DNA from: Octopus vulgaris
Taxonomy: Eukaryota
Assembly: GCA_951406725.2 (NCBI GenBank)
Contig: OX597814.1
Coordinates: 93,868,001 to 93,932,000, forward strand
DNA length: 64,000 bases
Direction of reading: 5' to 3'
Every line of letters starts with the position of its first letter. The stretch's first letter is position 1. Below, in pieces: positions 50,030 through 62,930 of the stretch. The notes below the pieces were generated by a model. That model saw only the letters and a program-made list of their open reading frames with translations, was not told the DNA's origin and did not search any database. The position numbers were made by a program, and so were the translations under genes.

Positions 50030-52360
50030 ATACGTCACTGGCACCAAACGCGTGACTCCAAGTCACCAAATGCTTTTGCTGACCTTTGAATACGCAGCTG
50101 TATTTCTGTATCAAGATTTCCATAATTTTGAACAGATCTTCCAAGGTAGATGAACGAATCAACAACCTCAAATAACTTTCCCTTAATGAAATTTTAGTGT
50201 CCGTGGTTACAAACAGGACCACGCGCCGGTTGATGCATTACGACTGTTGATGGTCAAGCCAAAATCACCATAACCCGAGCCATCGTCAGCGTACAAATGT
50301 TCCATAATAAGTGAAGTAAAAACCTTGGTTTTCAATTTCAGGCTGGTCAGATTAAAAACATTCCCTGTTGTTCGATATTTTATGTAAATACCCTCCTCAG
50401 AGTTTTGAAAAGCATGTGACAACACAAAGAGGGTGAGTGCAGCAAGGTCTACTTGATTTAATCCAGTTTCCACTGCAAAAGATTCAGAGAGTCTATCACA
50501 AATTTAACTCTAGCTTTCATATCTTGATGCAAAGCTCTGATCATGTTTACAAATTTTTGTGGGCAACCTATTTTTCTTACAATTAGCCACAGTGCATTTC
50601 GATTAACAGTATCGAGTGCTTTGCTCAAATCAACAAAGCAATGATATAGAGCACTTTTCTTGTAATTGTCTAACAGTAAATATACAATCAGCTTTGTCCC
50701 TGGAGGAACGAAAACCACACTTAGACCCAGACAATATATTTGGAACTGTAAACGTATTTAAACGTTCTAACAAAATGCAGGCAAGTACTTTTCCAATCAC
50801 AGACAAAGGCGAAATCCCACGAAAACTACCACACAGATTCTTTGACCCCAATTTATACAAGGAGACTAAAATGGCATCAATCCAATCTTGAGGAACTATC
50901 TCAGTTCTCCAAAAGTGACAAATGAATATATTCAAGAGTTCAAATTATTTTGTCACCCCCATATTTCAAGACTTCTGCACAGATTCATCACGCCCTGGAG
51001 ACATATTGTTATTCGATTTATTCACAGTTAAATAAAGCTTATTTAGAGTTGGTTCAAAAGTCATCTCTTCTATAACTGGAAGGTGTTCAATTTTTTCTAC
51101 CGTCCTCATGTCAACGGTTGATGGTCTATTCAAAAGTGCGGAATAATATTCTACCAAACGCTTAGAAGAGATGTCAGAAGAAAACGTCCATTTGATGTTC
51201 TCACTGGAGCTATTGAAGTCGATTTTGGGCCATATACCTCCTTAATATAAAAGTACAAACCGTTGACATCATTTCTGTGAGCTGCTTCTGTTTCCCTTTT
51301 GCTCTATCATTCCACCATTCCTGTTTAATTTTCCTTAGAGCAGTCTGCAATTTCCTTTTCAGCTTTCTGTAAGTTTCGTTTGAGTTGAGATTCAAGGACT
51401 GAGAAAGAAGTGTATTGCCTAAGTTTTGTTTATTCTAAAAGTAGATCATAAATTTCTGCTGATCTATCTGAGAACCAGTCACTGGACTTATGTGATTCTA
51501 ATCCCACTGATGAACTTGCAGTCTGAAATACTTTTGTTTTGAAATCTACCCATCAATTGTTTGGGTCAAGTTTGATACTTTCTATAGCATCGTGGAATTT
51601 TTGCAAGTTGCTTGATAATTTAAAGTTAGCAACATTTAACTTTTTGGATACTTTAGGACCAGACTGTCGATTTTTAGGCATTATCGTAAAATCTATTTTT
51701 CACGCACTAGATGATGGTCATACCAGCTCTCTGCCCCTCTCATTGCGTGAACGCTGGAAACGTCTTTCATATCACGTTTTCTGATAAGAATATAATCTGT
51801 GAGATGCCAGTGCTTAGATCTTGGGTGCATCCAAGTGGTTTTATATATATTTTTCTCCTTAAACAGAGTGTTGGTGACAAACAGATTATTCTCAGTACGA
51901 AACGTTTGAAGAGCTACTCCATTTTTATTGCATTTTCTAATCCCATATCGACCTAAAACAAGCCATGAAACATAGTCCTTTCCAACGCTTGCGCTGAAAT
52001 CTCCCTTTATTACCAGCTAGTCAGAAATTGGTACTTTTCTCAATAATTGTGCTAGATCATCATAAAACTGTCCTACAGTTTCATCAGACTGGGACATTGT
52101 TGGTGTATAAATACTGATAACGGTAAGAAATCCACCTTTTATCAGTTTAAAACGGCATGACATGATCCGTTCAGATTTACAACTTGGAAACTCAGCAATG
52201 GAGGATACTAATGTATTCTTGAGAGCAAACTCCACACCATATTCTCTTACGCTGTCCTTTAGGTAGGCCTCTCCAAAAGATAATATATTCATAAGTAGGT
52301 TAATTTACTTGACCTTCACCAGAGAGACGAGTTTCAGAGATCGTAACTATATCAAGACCG
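50030..52360 (-). mobile_element. Decayed RTE-clade LINE (APE + RT)
   Basis: ISIYTPTM..FYDDL, VPQDWIDAILVSLYK, FRGISPLSVIGKV, FTVRQLQEKC, FVDLSKALDTV, GCPQKFVNMIRALH, LYADD. Confidence 0.8.
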
Positions 52361-52369
52361 AACACAACC

Positions 52370-52645
52370 CCGGTCTGATCTAAATGCTCTGAATCAATGG
52401 GCAGGCAAAAGCAAAATGCAACTAAACTAGGGAAAATTTGAGCTGATGCATTTTGGAAGAAAGTCTATAATATAACAGCCATACTCCCTTCCTTCAGGGG
52501 AACCGCTCATAGCATCTAATAATATCAAAGATCTAGTTGTAATTGTTGATAACAATTTCAGTTAGAGAGCCTACATCAACAGTAAGCTCGATATAGCTCG
52601 TAGGATTAGCTCCTGGATCTTAAGAACCTTCCGGTCCAGAGAAAA
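52370..52645 (+). mobile_element. Decayed CR1-like RT fragment
   Basis: KFELMHFGRK, PYSLPSGE, SNNIKDL and SWILRTFRSR are homologous to 5870-6145. Confidence 0.7.
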
Positions 52646-53013
52646 GGTGAAAAAACGGTATGGACGATTTGTTTTGGAGTCTAATAATACCATGGAGGCC
52701 TATGAAGATTTACAAACATACTTTCCCAATGATACTCGGTTTACCTACCATTATAAACAATACCAAATGTTTTTTTCTCAAACCTTTTATAATGTGATAC
52801 AAGACTTTGGTGTAGCAATTGCACGCGGCTGAAGAAGGCTTTTGATCTATCTGTTATATCGATTATGCATTGATGTAAGAATAAGTTGTTCTATAAAGCC
52901 CGATGTATTTCATTTGATACATATATCCTATCACCTATGCTACTAGCTGGCATATACAGGTGCTTACATTTATTAAGTATTCGCCCTGAATTTATTGTAC
53001 CTAACTTACATAC

Positions 53014-53053
<40 letters not shown>

Positions 53054-53272
53054 ATATATACATGCATATATGCGTACAGGACGACAAGGAATGTGCAACA
53101 AACGAGAAACGCCAACATAAAAACAAAAACATGGAAAACTTTTGTCGAACATTGAAAGAAACAAATAGAGAAACGAGACAGGCAAAATAAAGAAGAGCCC
53201 CTCCATCAGTTTTCCCCTGTTTTATCAACATATATATATATACATATATATATACACACACATATATATACA

Positions 53273-53304
<32 letters not shown>

Positions 53305-53406
53305 CATATATACACACATATATACACTTATATATATATAGATATTTATACATATATATATATATGTATATACATACATATATACATATGTGCATGTATA
53401 TATATA

Positions 53407-53473
<67 letters not shown>

Positions 53474-53509
53474 CTATTTATTTATTTATATTCATATATA
53501 TGTATGCAG

Positions 53510-53930
53510 TAATATACATCTGGAAAATCCTGTAGGGTCTTGTCCCGAAATTTGGCATTGAAAGTTACCCCAACAACAGAACGGGCGCCACTGCATGGTG
53601 CCAAAGATCCCAACTTCACCATCAAAATACAGGACCAGATACTGCAACAGCTTGGGTTTCAGGGGATCACAGCTCTTCAATATCCTTCCTAAATGCCTGA
53701 GAGACCTGCATCGTGTGGATATGGGTTTCTCTCAAACTAAACTGGATCTCTTCTTGCCAGGGTGTTCCAAATAAACCTAACTCTCGGCAGGAAACATAGA
53801 TGCGGGCAGCGGCGTTGAACCCCCTTGTTGACCAAGTGCCACGTATCAGAGGTAGTTTCACATACTAGTGTAGCTCATACAGCGGTGGTGCTCCAGCATG
53901 GCCGCAGCTTTCGAGCTGAAACATTTTTAG
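53510..53930 (+). mobile_element. CR1-like LINE 3' fragment related to 45955-47395
   Basis: Nucleotide similarity to 46973-47380, including the tail ggtgctccagcatggccgcagctttcgagctgaaac. Confidence 0.8.
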
Positions 53931-54042
53931 GATTTATATATATATATATATATAGCAAGGAAAAATTGTAAAAATGCAGAATGCTAGATTGAAAGAAAAT
54001 TTTAATGAAATGAGAAATTGAAAAAATATATAAATATATATT

Positions 54043-54084
54043 TATTCAAACCGGTTTTCGTCATAGTGTGACTTATCAAGAATA
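54043..54084 (-). ncRNA. Minimal hammerhead ribozyme, U3-A8 variant
   Basis: UAUUC UUGAUAA GUCA cacua UGAC GAAA ACCGGU UU GAAUA. Confidence 0.75.
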
Positions 54085-54747
54085 GTTATGTAACAAAAGT
54101 TTTTTTAAAAATGAGAAAGGGGAAAAAAGTTGCATTGTTTTTGCAAAAGAATAATAATAAATATGTACAAAAATTTAAAAATAAGTACTCCGATACATTG
54201 TGAGTTCGTTGTGTATCTTGAGTTTAATGATTGTTCACGAAAAAGTTACCTTGAGGTATTAGGATCCGATGGGATTAAGACCATGTGTTGTTTGGTTTAA
54301 TTAAGGATGTTGGCAAAAACAGGAAGTAGTAATAATTGTGGTTCTTCTGTTCCTGTGTTGTGAATAAGGGGAGACAACTCTTTTGAGTTCTTCAATTTTT
54401 GTTTCACAAAATCCCCTGTAATCAAGGCTGCTAATAAACCCCAAATTATAAAATTATCATTTTAGCTTCATTTGTATTATCTTTTTTTATATAATTGTTT
54501 GTTAACTTAACTTTCAGATTTTAACACTTTATTTATATTATTTTCTAATTATATAAATTTGCATAGACCAATTTATAATTACATTTCAGATTGTTATATC
54601 ATATATAATAAAAATGATGGTAATAACAACAATAGTAAAAATGATATTTAAAGAATATAAGTTTTAGCTTGAAGTGATGAATCTATGGTATCCTAATATA
54701 TTTGTGTGAGTCCATCCTTGAAGAATGAGGTAGAAAAGGAAGTTTGA

Positions 54748-55203
54748 TCAACGAGGAGTTTGTATATTAAGTTGTGTTTGGAATTTTTCAATAAAGAGAT
54801 TCTCCTTGTTAATTCTCTCCTGTGTGGTGATCCCGTCTTTACATTGGTAGAAGGGGAATATATAGAATTTAGGATTTAAGTCTTTAGCGCATGAGTCTAT
54901 GTGGTCACTCAGTGGAATTTGTCGGTATTCCGGGAGTTTTATTTGTTCTTTATGCACCGCTACTCGTTTACGTAACGGGAGACTCGTTTGTCCAACATAA
55001 TTATGTTGGCAACCAGCGCATGTGAGAACGTAGATAAGGTTCTCGGAGGAACAGGAGAAGTTAGTCTTGATTTTAAACTTCGTACCTTGTTTGAAGGTAA
55101 ATTCAGAGCCTTCAAGTAGGAGGGGGCAGGTACCACAGTTTGGGCGTACACATTTTTTTACTGCTGGGGGTGGATGTGGTGTGTGAAGTTTGGCATTTGT
55201 CAA
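54748..55203 (-). CDS. PLE GIY-YIG endonuclease C-terminal fragment
   Basis: CVRPNCGTC...FSCSSENLIYVLTCAGCQHNYVGQT..LRKR..H..RINKENLFI..LN. Confidence 0.8.
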   Translation of the reverse strand: MTNAKLHTPHPPPAVKKCVRPNCGTCPLLLEGSEFTFKQGTKFKIKTNFSCSSENLIYVLTCAGCQHNYVGQTSLPLRKRVAVHKEQIKLPEYRQIPLSDHIDSCAKDLNPKFYIFPFYQCKDGITTQERINKENLFIEKFQTQLNIQTPR

Positions 55204-56234
55204 GAGTTTTTTTTAAAGATTTGTGTTGCCTTTTACATTTGAGGATTTTGTGTGTATTTATAATGTTTTTCATTTTTGGGTCTGTTGACAGTAGACTGAG
55301 GTTTTGTATGATTGTGGTGTATGCTTCGATATTTTTGGGGTTGTGGGTGGAAATGTATGGAAGTATTTTGAGGTTGTGTGTGGTGTTAGGTTGGGTAGTT
55401 TTCAGTGTAATGTTATCTAGTTCTTTGGCGCGTTTTATTCCATACTCTATAAGGGTGGAGGGATATTGGCGTTGTAATAGTGTTTTTTTGAGGTCTTGAA
55501 GGCGTATTTCTCGTGATTTGGGATCCGAGACAATGGTGCATACCCTTCAATTTGGCTAAAAGGGTATGCACCATTACGTAAACGAGTAGCGGTGTATAAA
55601 GAACAAAATAAATCTCCCGGAATACCGACAAATTCCACTGAGTGACCACATAGACTCATGCGCTAAAGACTTAAACCCCAAATTCTATATATTCCCCTTC
55701 TACCAATGTAAAGACGGGATCACCACACAGGAGAGAATTAACAAGGAGAATCTCTTTATTGAAAAATTCCAAACAACACATGGTCTTAATCCCATCGGAT
55801 CCTAATACCTCAAGGTAACTTTTTCCTAATACCTCAAGGTAAGTCATTGTTATATGCTTAAAAGAAACGTACCTTTTAGAGAAGAAAATAAAGGTGAGAG
55901 CTATTGTATTGGATATCCGTATAATGTGAGAGCAGAAATTGAAAGAAGATATATGAAATGGACGTGTGTATGTGTCTTTTTCTAGGTCATTTGGAGTGAT
56001 TTTTGCAATCAGCACGAGCTGATTTGTATTTACCTCTGAAGGGGTGGGAAGAGGAACTTTTGAAGTTGTCGTGAATGCGAAAGAGACATAGTATGAGTGA
56101 TACACAACGAACTCACAATGTATCGGAGTACTTATTTTTTTAATTTTTGTACATATTTATCATTATTCTTTTGCAAAAAACAATGCAACTTTTTTTCCCC
56201 TTTCTCATTTTTAAAAAAACTTTTGTTACATAAC

Positions 56235-56276
56235 TATTCTTGATAAGTCACACTATGACGAAAACCGGTTTGAATA
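56235..56276 (+). ncRNA. Minimal hammerhead ribozyme, U3-A8 variant (inverted copy)
   Basis: Identical motif to 54043-54084 on the opposite strand. Confidence 0.75.
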
Positions 56277-56409
56277 AATATATATTTATATATTTTTTCA
56301 ATTTCTCATTTCATTAAAATTTTCTTCAATCTAGCATTCTACATTTTTACAATTTTTCCTTGCTTATCATTTCTCCACGTGCGGTCAACACAACCCCACC
56401 ATTTATTGA

Positions 56410-56479
<70 letters not shown>

Positions 56480-56588
56480 AACCTATATCTAGATATGTAT
56501 ATATATACATATATACTGTTTTGGGACCATTATATATATATATATATATATCATACTTATATATGTATGCACATATTATATATATACA

Positions 56589-56650
<62 letters not shown>

Positions 56651-57017
56651 CATATATATTATATATAAGCCCAGTCTCACCCGGTCTGTTTGGATAATTT
56701 GGGTGTGATCGTTTTCGGTTAGGCATAATCTATAGCAGCGTTTCATTTCGGGTCCCCTGTTTCGATTAGAGGCTCCAGCTGTATGAAAATTTCTCCCTCC
56801 CCCCGGTCGGAAAATAGCTTCAGGAGTTGTGAAAAAAGAATTTGTAGGTAGTCTGTTTCTGAGAGCTATGGTATTGGACCTCTGTCTAATCATTAAAATA
56901 TTATTTAATTATGAACATAGAAAAAAGTTATACATTATTCCCTATTTTTGTAAGCAGTTGTATCCATAAAAATTTTATTTGCATATAGCAGAAATTGAAA
57001 GGAGATATGTGAAATTG

Positions 57018-57074
<57 letters not shown>

Positions 57075-57554
57075 TGTGCATGCGTGCTTGCGTGTGTGTA
57101 TGTGAGAGAGAAAGAGGGTGAGAAAAGAGAGATAGACTGAGTGAAATGAAAATATATACGCAGAAAACAGCTCCAGGAGTTGTGAAGAAAGAATTTGTAC
57201 GCAGTTTGTTTCTGAGAACTATTCTATTGGACCTCTGTCTAATCACGTCTTTTTAGGAACACACACATACATAGAAAATGTTTTTTGAAATGCCAATCTG
57301 TGAATGAAAATGTTCAGGCGTCTACATGGTAGGTAGACCCGAGAGAAATAGCAGCCAAATCTTTAACAGTTAGAAAATGTTTGGCATTTCAATCATCACC
57401 AAAAAATGAAACTGTAAGAATTTAAAGGGAAATTGTATGTAAGAAGTAAAGCAGAAATGATTTTTAACTGTACTGCCAAAGTTCAGCAACTTAATAGCAT
57501 ATGTATCCAGTTTAAGAAAAGTGAAGATAAAAGGTAAAGTGGAGAAGTATGGAA

Positions 57555-57815
57555 GAAGTCATTGTTATATGCTTAAAAGAAACGTACCTTTTAGAGAAGA
57601 AAATAAAGGTGAGAGCTATTGTATTGGACATCCGTATAATGTGAGAGCAGAAATTGAAAGAAGAATTATGAAATGGACGTGTGTATGTGTCTTTTTCTAG
57701 GTCATTTGGAGTGATTTTTGTAATCAGCACGAGCTTATTTGTATTTACCTCTGGAGGGGTGGAAAGAGGAACTTTTGAAGTTGTCGTGAATGCGAAAGAG
57801 ACATAGTATGAGTGA
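57555..57815. repeat. Duplicate of 55841-56100, with a partial inverted copy near 58068-58128
   Basis: The ORF track shows the same KITPNDLEKDTYTRPFH...YVSFKHITMT peptide at 55671-56105 and 57512-57730. Confidence 0.7.
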
Positions 57816-58599
57816 AGTTGGCGTGAACCGGAAGAATTGATGTGCGTGTGTGTGTGTGAGAGAGCGTGTGTGTGTTTGAGAAGGAGTGTATGTGTGTGAG
57901 AGAGAGAGAGAGAGAGTGTGTGTATGTGTGTGTTTGAGAGAGAGAGAGAGAGAGAGTGTGTGTATGTGTGTCTATGATGGGGTGTGCGATATGGACGAGA
58001 GATTTAACTGAAATTTTGTTATTAACTTGTCGTGAGAGAATGTGTGAGTGAGTAACAGAGAATAATACCCACCCCTCCAGAGATAAATACAAACCAGCTC
58101 GTGCTGACTGCAAAAATCACACCAAATACATATACACAAGTACACACAATCATATAGACACACTCATAAATATACGTATAATCTTAAATTATATACTCAT
58201 ATATGCTTATCCACTTCTACATACATATGTACTATTACACACATACACACACTCACACACACACGCACACACACATACATACATATGTATAAACATACAT
58301 ACGCACACACACATACATACATAAATATGACACAGTATTCAAGGGCAACGGTTAAAAATCGAACATGCATTATATTAACCTATCTGCTCTTTATTTTTTA
58401 AAATTTTATATATGCATAAACGCATACATATACAATACATACATACATCCATACATATTCATATGTGCATGCATATGCATTTTTTTTATAGCACTACACA
58501 CGCACATACGTATCAAACAACGTACGCTCATACGGTTATATATAACTGCACATATGTGGTTTAGCACCAGGCATTTCAACATGTATGTAAGGGTTACAT

Positions 58600-60195
58600 G
58601 TAAACAAGAGAGAGGGGTGGTTATAGAATGGTCCTCCTGAATGGGATCTGGATGTTACTTCATTCGGATTTTCGGTTGAGAGTAGGTTTGTATTCTTGTA
58701 TACAAACAGCTTCTGTGACCTGTCTCAACATTGCATCGGTGGGATGTGTTGATAGGATGTTTAACTTAAGTTTCCCTAAGGATCCCTTGTGGCAGTCTAC
58801 AGCATGCTGATAGAAGATGGAGTTTGGTTTCCTTTCAATGTAGTTGTCCAGGTGTTCTTTGAACCTATCATTGATACTCCTAGAAGTCTCACCTATGTAT
58901 GACTCTGGGTTAGTTGCGCAACCTCCTTCTTGGCACTCAATTTGGTATACCGTGCCCTTGGTTTTGCAGTTCACATGTGGGTTTGTCGAACATACTGCAC
59001 AATTACTTTGACACGTGATTCTATCAAATGGATATGATCTACATAATGCAGATTTGATAGTCCTAACTGTCTTTTCTACAACCTTGATTTTAAGGCCAGT
59101 AGTGCGCAGGATTTTCTTGAATGCCTCACTTAGCTCGTTCTTAGGTGTGGCGTCAACGAACATTACCCCGTGAAATTTCCTGTTATCATACCAAGTATCG
59201 TTTCTCTTCCTTTTGTTGGTGTCTCTCTCCAACCTATTCCAAACTTGTTGCGGTATAGGGGGCATATACCGTTTTCGTCGTCCCTTAGAATGCGTTCGAA
59301 TCTTGCTTTCGCTCTTTTGTACACTCTGACTCTATCGTCTTGTGTGTATCCGGAGCGTTGCATTCGGAATATGTAGTGCTGGATGTGTTGTTGTCGTTCT
59401 TGTGGTTGGCATAGTGGGGATACATTCCTCATTACTCTAACTAAGTCTGCCACTAGGATGTTGAGTTTGGTAGTACTCGACATAGCTGAGTCACTACGGA
59501 TTACTAGTGGATTAGCCATCGGCTTCTGATAGTGTGAGTGGAGTATACAGGGTTTAATAGTTCCATTAACCATAGTATCTTCTATCCATAGCTCAGTATC
59601 TAGGACGGGTAATCGTTTACTGGGGTGTTTAGAGGGGTAGTCTATGGTAACTTTTATACTGCTGTGGATAGAGTCAGCTATGTGTTGTATAGATGTCATC
59701 ACCTGTTCTTCACTTAGTAGAGAGTCCATAACTGTGTCTGTATTATAACATTTCACGACAAGGTTAATGTCGTCGACGTAACGAGAGTACATAGCTAAGT
59801 GAATGTTACGGGTTGCTAGGCACTGTTTAAAATGTCTGTCCCACCATACCATGAAGAGGTTTGCAACGTCACCGGCGATCTCTACTCCAAAAGCACCGCC
59901 TTTTGTCTGCTTAAACAGTTTGTTGTCAAACCTAAAAATATGGGTTTTAAGTGTAATTCTCAGGCTGACACCGATAGCATGTGTGATAGTAGTTCTGATG
60001 TCGTGTGCATCTGAAGGTGGGTAGTCTGGCTTCGTCCAGCCCTGCCAGCGCTCACAGTGAGTCTTTCTGTATGCTGAGGTAATGGTAGGTGGTCTACCTC
60101 GTTTGTTACGGGTGGGACAAGCATACAGAAGGTTATCGTGTGACAGGTATTCATTGGTACACGTCAGGGCCAGGAAGAGCCCTAGTTCATATACA
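58600..60195 (-). mobile_element. 5'-truncated Naiad-type PLE (RT + CCHH GIY-YIG), frameshifted
   Basis: GGAFGVEIAGDVANLFM, YSRYVDDI, LPVLD; TVYQIECQEGGC..YIGETSRS..R..EH..FYQHAVDCH. Confidence 0.85.
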
Positions 60196-60198
60196 TAG

Positions 60199-60235
<37 letters not shown>

Positions 60236-60237
<2 letters not shown>

Positions 60238-62588
60238 AAGGGTGAAAAGGAACACACGAGTTGATATATATGAAAAAACAAGTAAAAAATAGAAAATGCT
60301 AAAATAATTTTATAGTGAACATTTCAGTACCGGTTTCGGTCATTTTGAGACCTTTTCAACTGTAACGATTAAATAATTAAATTTAGAAAAATTAGAAGAA
60401 AAGTTTTTTTAAAACAATATTTCTATAGTAGTGTTCAGATTTAAGTGGCATTCTGCCTTTCTCTGACTCCCTTGTTTGCACTTGTGTGTTCGAGGTAGTT
60501 GTGAGTTCTTGGTAGGGTAGTAGAGGGAAGGCTGGTGAGGAAAGGGGGGTGGGAGAATCTGGGAGTGCCCTGATGGTCGTATTTTGAATGGTCAGTGGCG
60601 GCTGGCAGTCTCAGTTCAATTCAGGAGAATATTTATATCGACAGGCTTGTTTATAGAATTAGCGTAGGTGTTATACTAAAAAACATTAGTGACAAACTTA
60701 AGGGGTAGGGGGTGGAGAAGAAGAAGAAGAAGAAGAAGAAGAAGGAGAAGGAGAAGGAGAAGATGATGGTGATGGTGGTGATGATTATGACGACGATGAT
60801 GATGATAACGATGATGATGAAGAAGAAGAAGAAGAAGAAGAAGGTGGAGAAGGAGAAGATGGTGGTGATGATGGTGGCGATGATGATGACGCCGATGCTG
60901 ATGATAACGATGATGATGAAGAAGAAGAAGAAGAAAAAAACAGAGAAGGGAGAATATGAATGGGTGTAAATATAGCTATGAAGGGGCTGATTAGTAATGG
61001 ATTCTATGGAGTGTAGTATTTGTGTGTGTATATATATTTTTTTCTTTTATTCTAAAGTTGAGGTATATTAATTGTTTGTCGTAGACCCGTTAAGAAGTGG
61101 CTTGTATTTTGTAATAAAGAGATTTTCTTTACTTATTCTTTGTCTCGAGGTTGTATCGTCCCTAAATTGGTAGAGGGGGAAAATTCTGAAGTTTGGTGTT
61201 TTTTTGTTGGCGCAAGTATCTATGTGTTGGCTAAAAGCTATTTTTCTGTTTTGGGGAATTTTTATCTGGGATCTGTGCAGGGCCATTCGTTTACGCAAAC
61301 CATTTTTTGTTTGGCCTATGTACTGCTCTTGACACCCGGAGCAGGTTAGTGAGTATATTAGGTTCTCCGAAGCACATGTGAAGTTGCTTTTCACTGTAAA
61401 CCGTTGTCCCTGTTTGAAGGAGAACTCAGAACCCTCGATTAGATAGTCGCATATCCCGCAATTGGGTCTTCCACATTTTTTTACTGTCGGCTTCTGTGTT
61501 GAAGAGTGAATTCGGGCTTGTGTAAGGAGACTTTTCATGGATCTAGGCTGTCTTTTGCTTTTTATGATCGTGTGTGTTTGGAGGATTGTGTTCATTCTGT
61601 GGTCTTTTTTAGGAGGGGTATGTTGTGGAGGATGGTGTCGAAGGCTTCGTTATTGAGAGGGTTGTGTGTGGAGATGTATGGTAAGGCTTTTGGTTGTAAG
61701 TTTTTCTTTGATTTGGGATGTCTCAGTTCCTTGATGTTAAGTTGAAGGGCACGTTGAATGCACTTGTCAATAAGTGAAGGTGGATAGTTCCTGGTGATTA
61801 GGGTATCTTTTAGTTCTTGTAGTCGTGTGTCTCTGGTGTTTGCGTTAGAGACTATAGTGCATATCCTTTTTGCTAGATTGAAGGGGATATTCATCCTGGT
61901 GTGTCTGGGGTGGCATGAATTGAATGGAAGATATTGCTTAGAGTCTGTAGGCTTATAGTATATGTCTGTTTCTATTATATTATTAGCTTTCTTAATGAGG
62001 ATATCGAGGAAGGGGAGTTGTTGTTGGCTATATTCCATCGTGAATTGGATGTTTACGTCCAGTCCGTTTAAAATTTTCTGGAATTCTATGAGTTTTTCTA
62101 TATTTTTATGCCAAAGGATGAAACAGTCATCTAGATATCTCTTCCAGTTGTTTTCTATGTAGATGGAGAAAGGGCTGCCATATCTTTCTAGAACCTTACG
62201 ATACAGACTGATCTCTAGGTATCCTATGACTAGGTTGGCAAAGGAGGGGGCCATTCGTGTACCCATCGCAGTCCCCGATTTTTGTCGGTAGAAGTTGTCA
62301 TTGAAGGCGAAGAAGTTATTTTCCAGGATGAATTTAACCCCTTCTATCACAAATTCTTTTTTGATGCGGTGTGGTAGTTCGTTGGCGTGATTCTCTAGCC
62401 AGAATTGGATTACCTCTAGTCCTAGGTTGTGGGGGATATTGGAGTAGAGGTTGACTACATCGAAGGATACCAGTATGGTGTTTTTGTTTATAGTATTCGG
62501 TAGGTGATTGAGCATATCTAAGTCGTCCCTTATATAGCTTTTGACATGTTTGAGGAGTGGTTTTAACAGGGTGTCTAAAAAGTTTTTT
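60236..62588 (-). mobile_element. 5'-truncated Neptune-like PLE (RT + GIY-YIG + HHR-bearing 3'UTR) between (TA)n tracts
   Basis: ORF 61592-62515: LVSFDVVNLYSNI, GTAMGTRMAPSFANL, WKRYLDDCF, LPFLD, IYYKPTD. ORF 61068-61595: CGRPNCGIC, LIYSLTCSGC..YIGQT. Confidence 0.9.
60325..60362 (-). ncRNA. Minimal hammerhead ribozyme, U3-A8 variant, in a PLE 3'UTR
   Basis: Minus strand: CAG UUGAAAA GGUC ucaaaau GACC GAAA CCGG UA CUG. Confidence 0.72.
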
Positions 62589-62699
62589 CATATATATATA
62601 TATATATATATAAATATATTATAAATCATATACTATATTATATATACATCATATATTGTATTATATATATATACATATTGTAAGTTTTTTTATGGAAAA

Positions 62700-62930
62700 C
62701 TAGCTGTCATTCATCCATAACAGCGTCCCTTCTCCAAGCGAACAATGCTGTCCATGGGAAAGGCAAAGGCGGATACATCTTTGCACCAGTAACGTCGCAA
62801 CCCATTTCTACACTTGAGTGAAATAAAGTGTCTGGTGAGGAACACAACACTCAGCGCTCTCCGAGAATCGAATTCACAACCTCACGATCGTAAACTCGAT
62901 GTTCTAAGCACTGAGGCATGCGCCTTCACT
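62700..62930 (-). mobile_element. SINE family C-related partial copy
   Basis: Similar to 28183-28340 and 63760-63958. Confidence 0.6.

Larger units (their letters stand above)
53954..56413 (-). mobile_element. Neptune-like PLE 3' portion with rearranged inverted pLTR copies
   Basis: GIY-YIG ORF 54748-55203. Positions 53954-54215 are inverted at 56100-56364, and 55570-55775 inverts part of the ORF. (TA)n flanks both sides. Confidence 0.85.

Noticed and set aside
58640-58680. In-frame TGA as selenocysteine (some Naiads encode selenoproteins)
   Set aside because: The TGA aligns with Trp (NRKLEW) in the 31070 family, not Cys, and the Zn-ligand cysteines use Cys codons. A TGG-to-TGA nonsense mutation is more likely.
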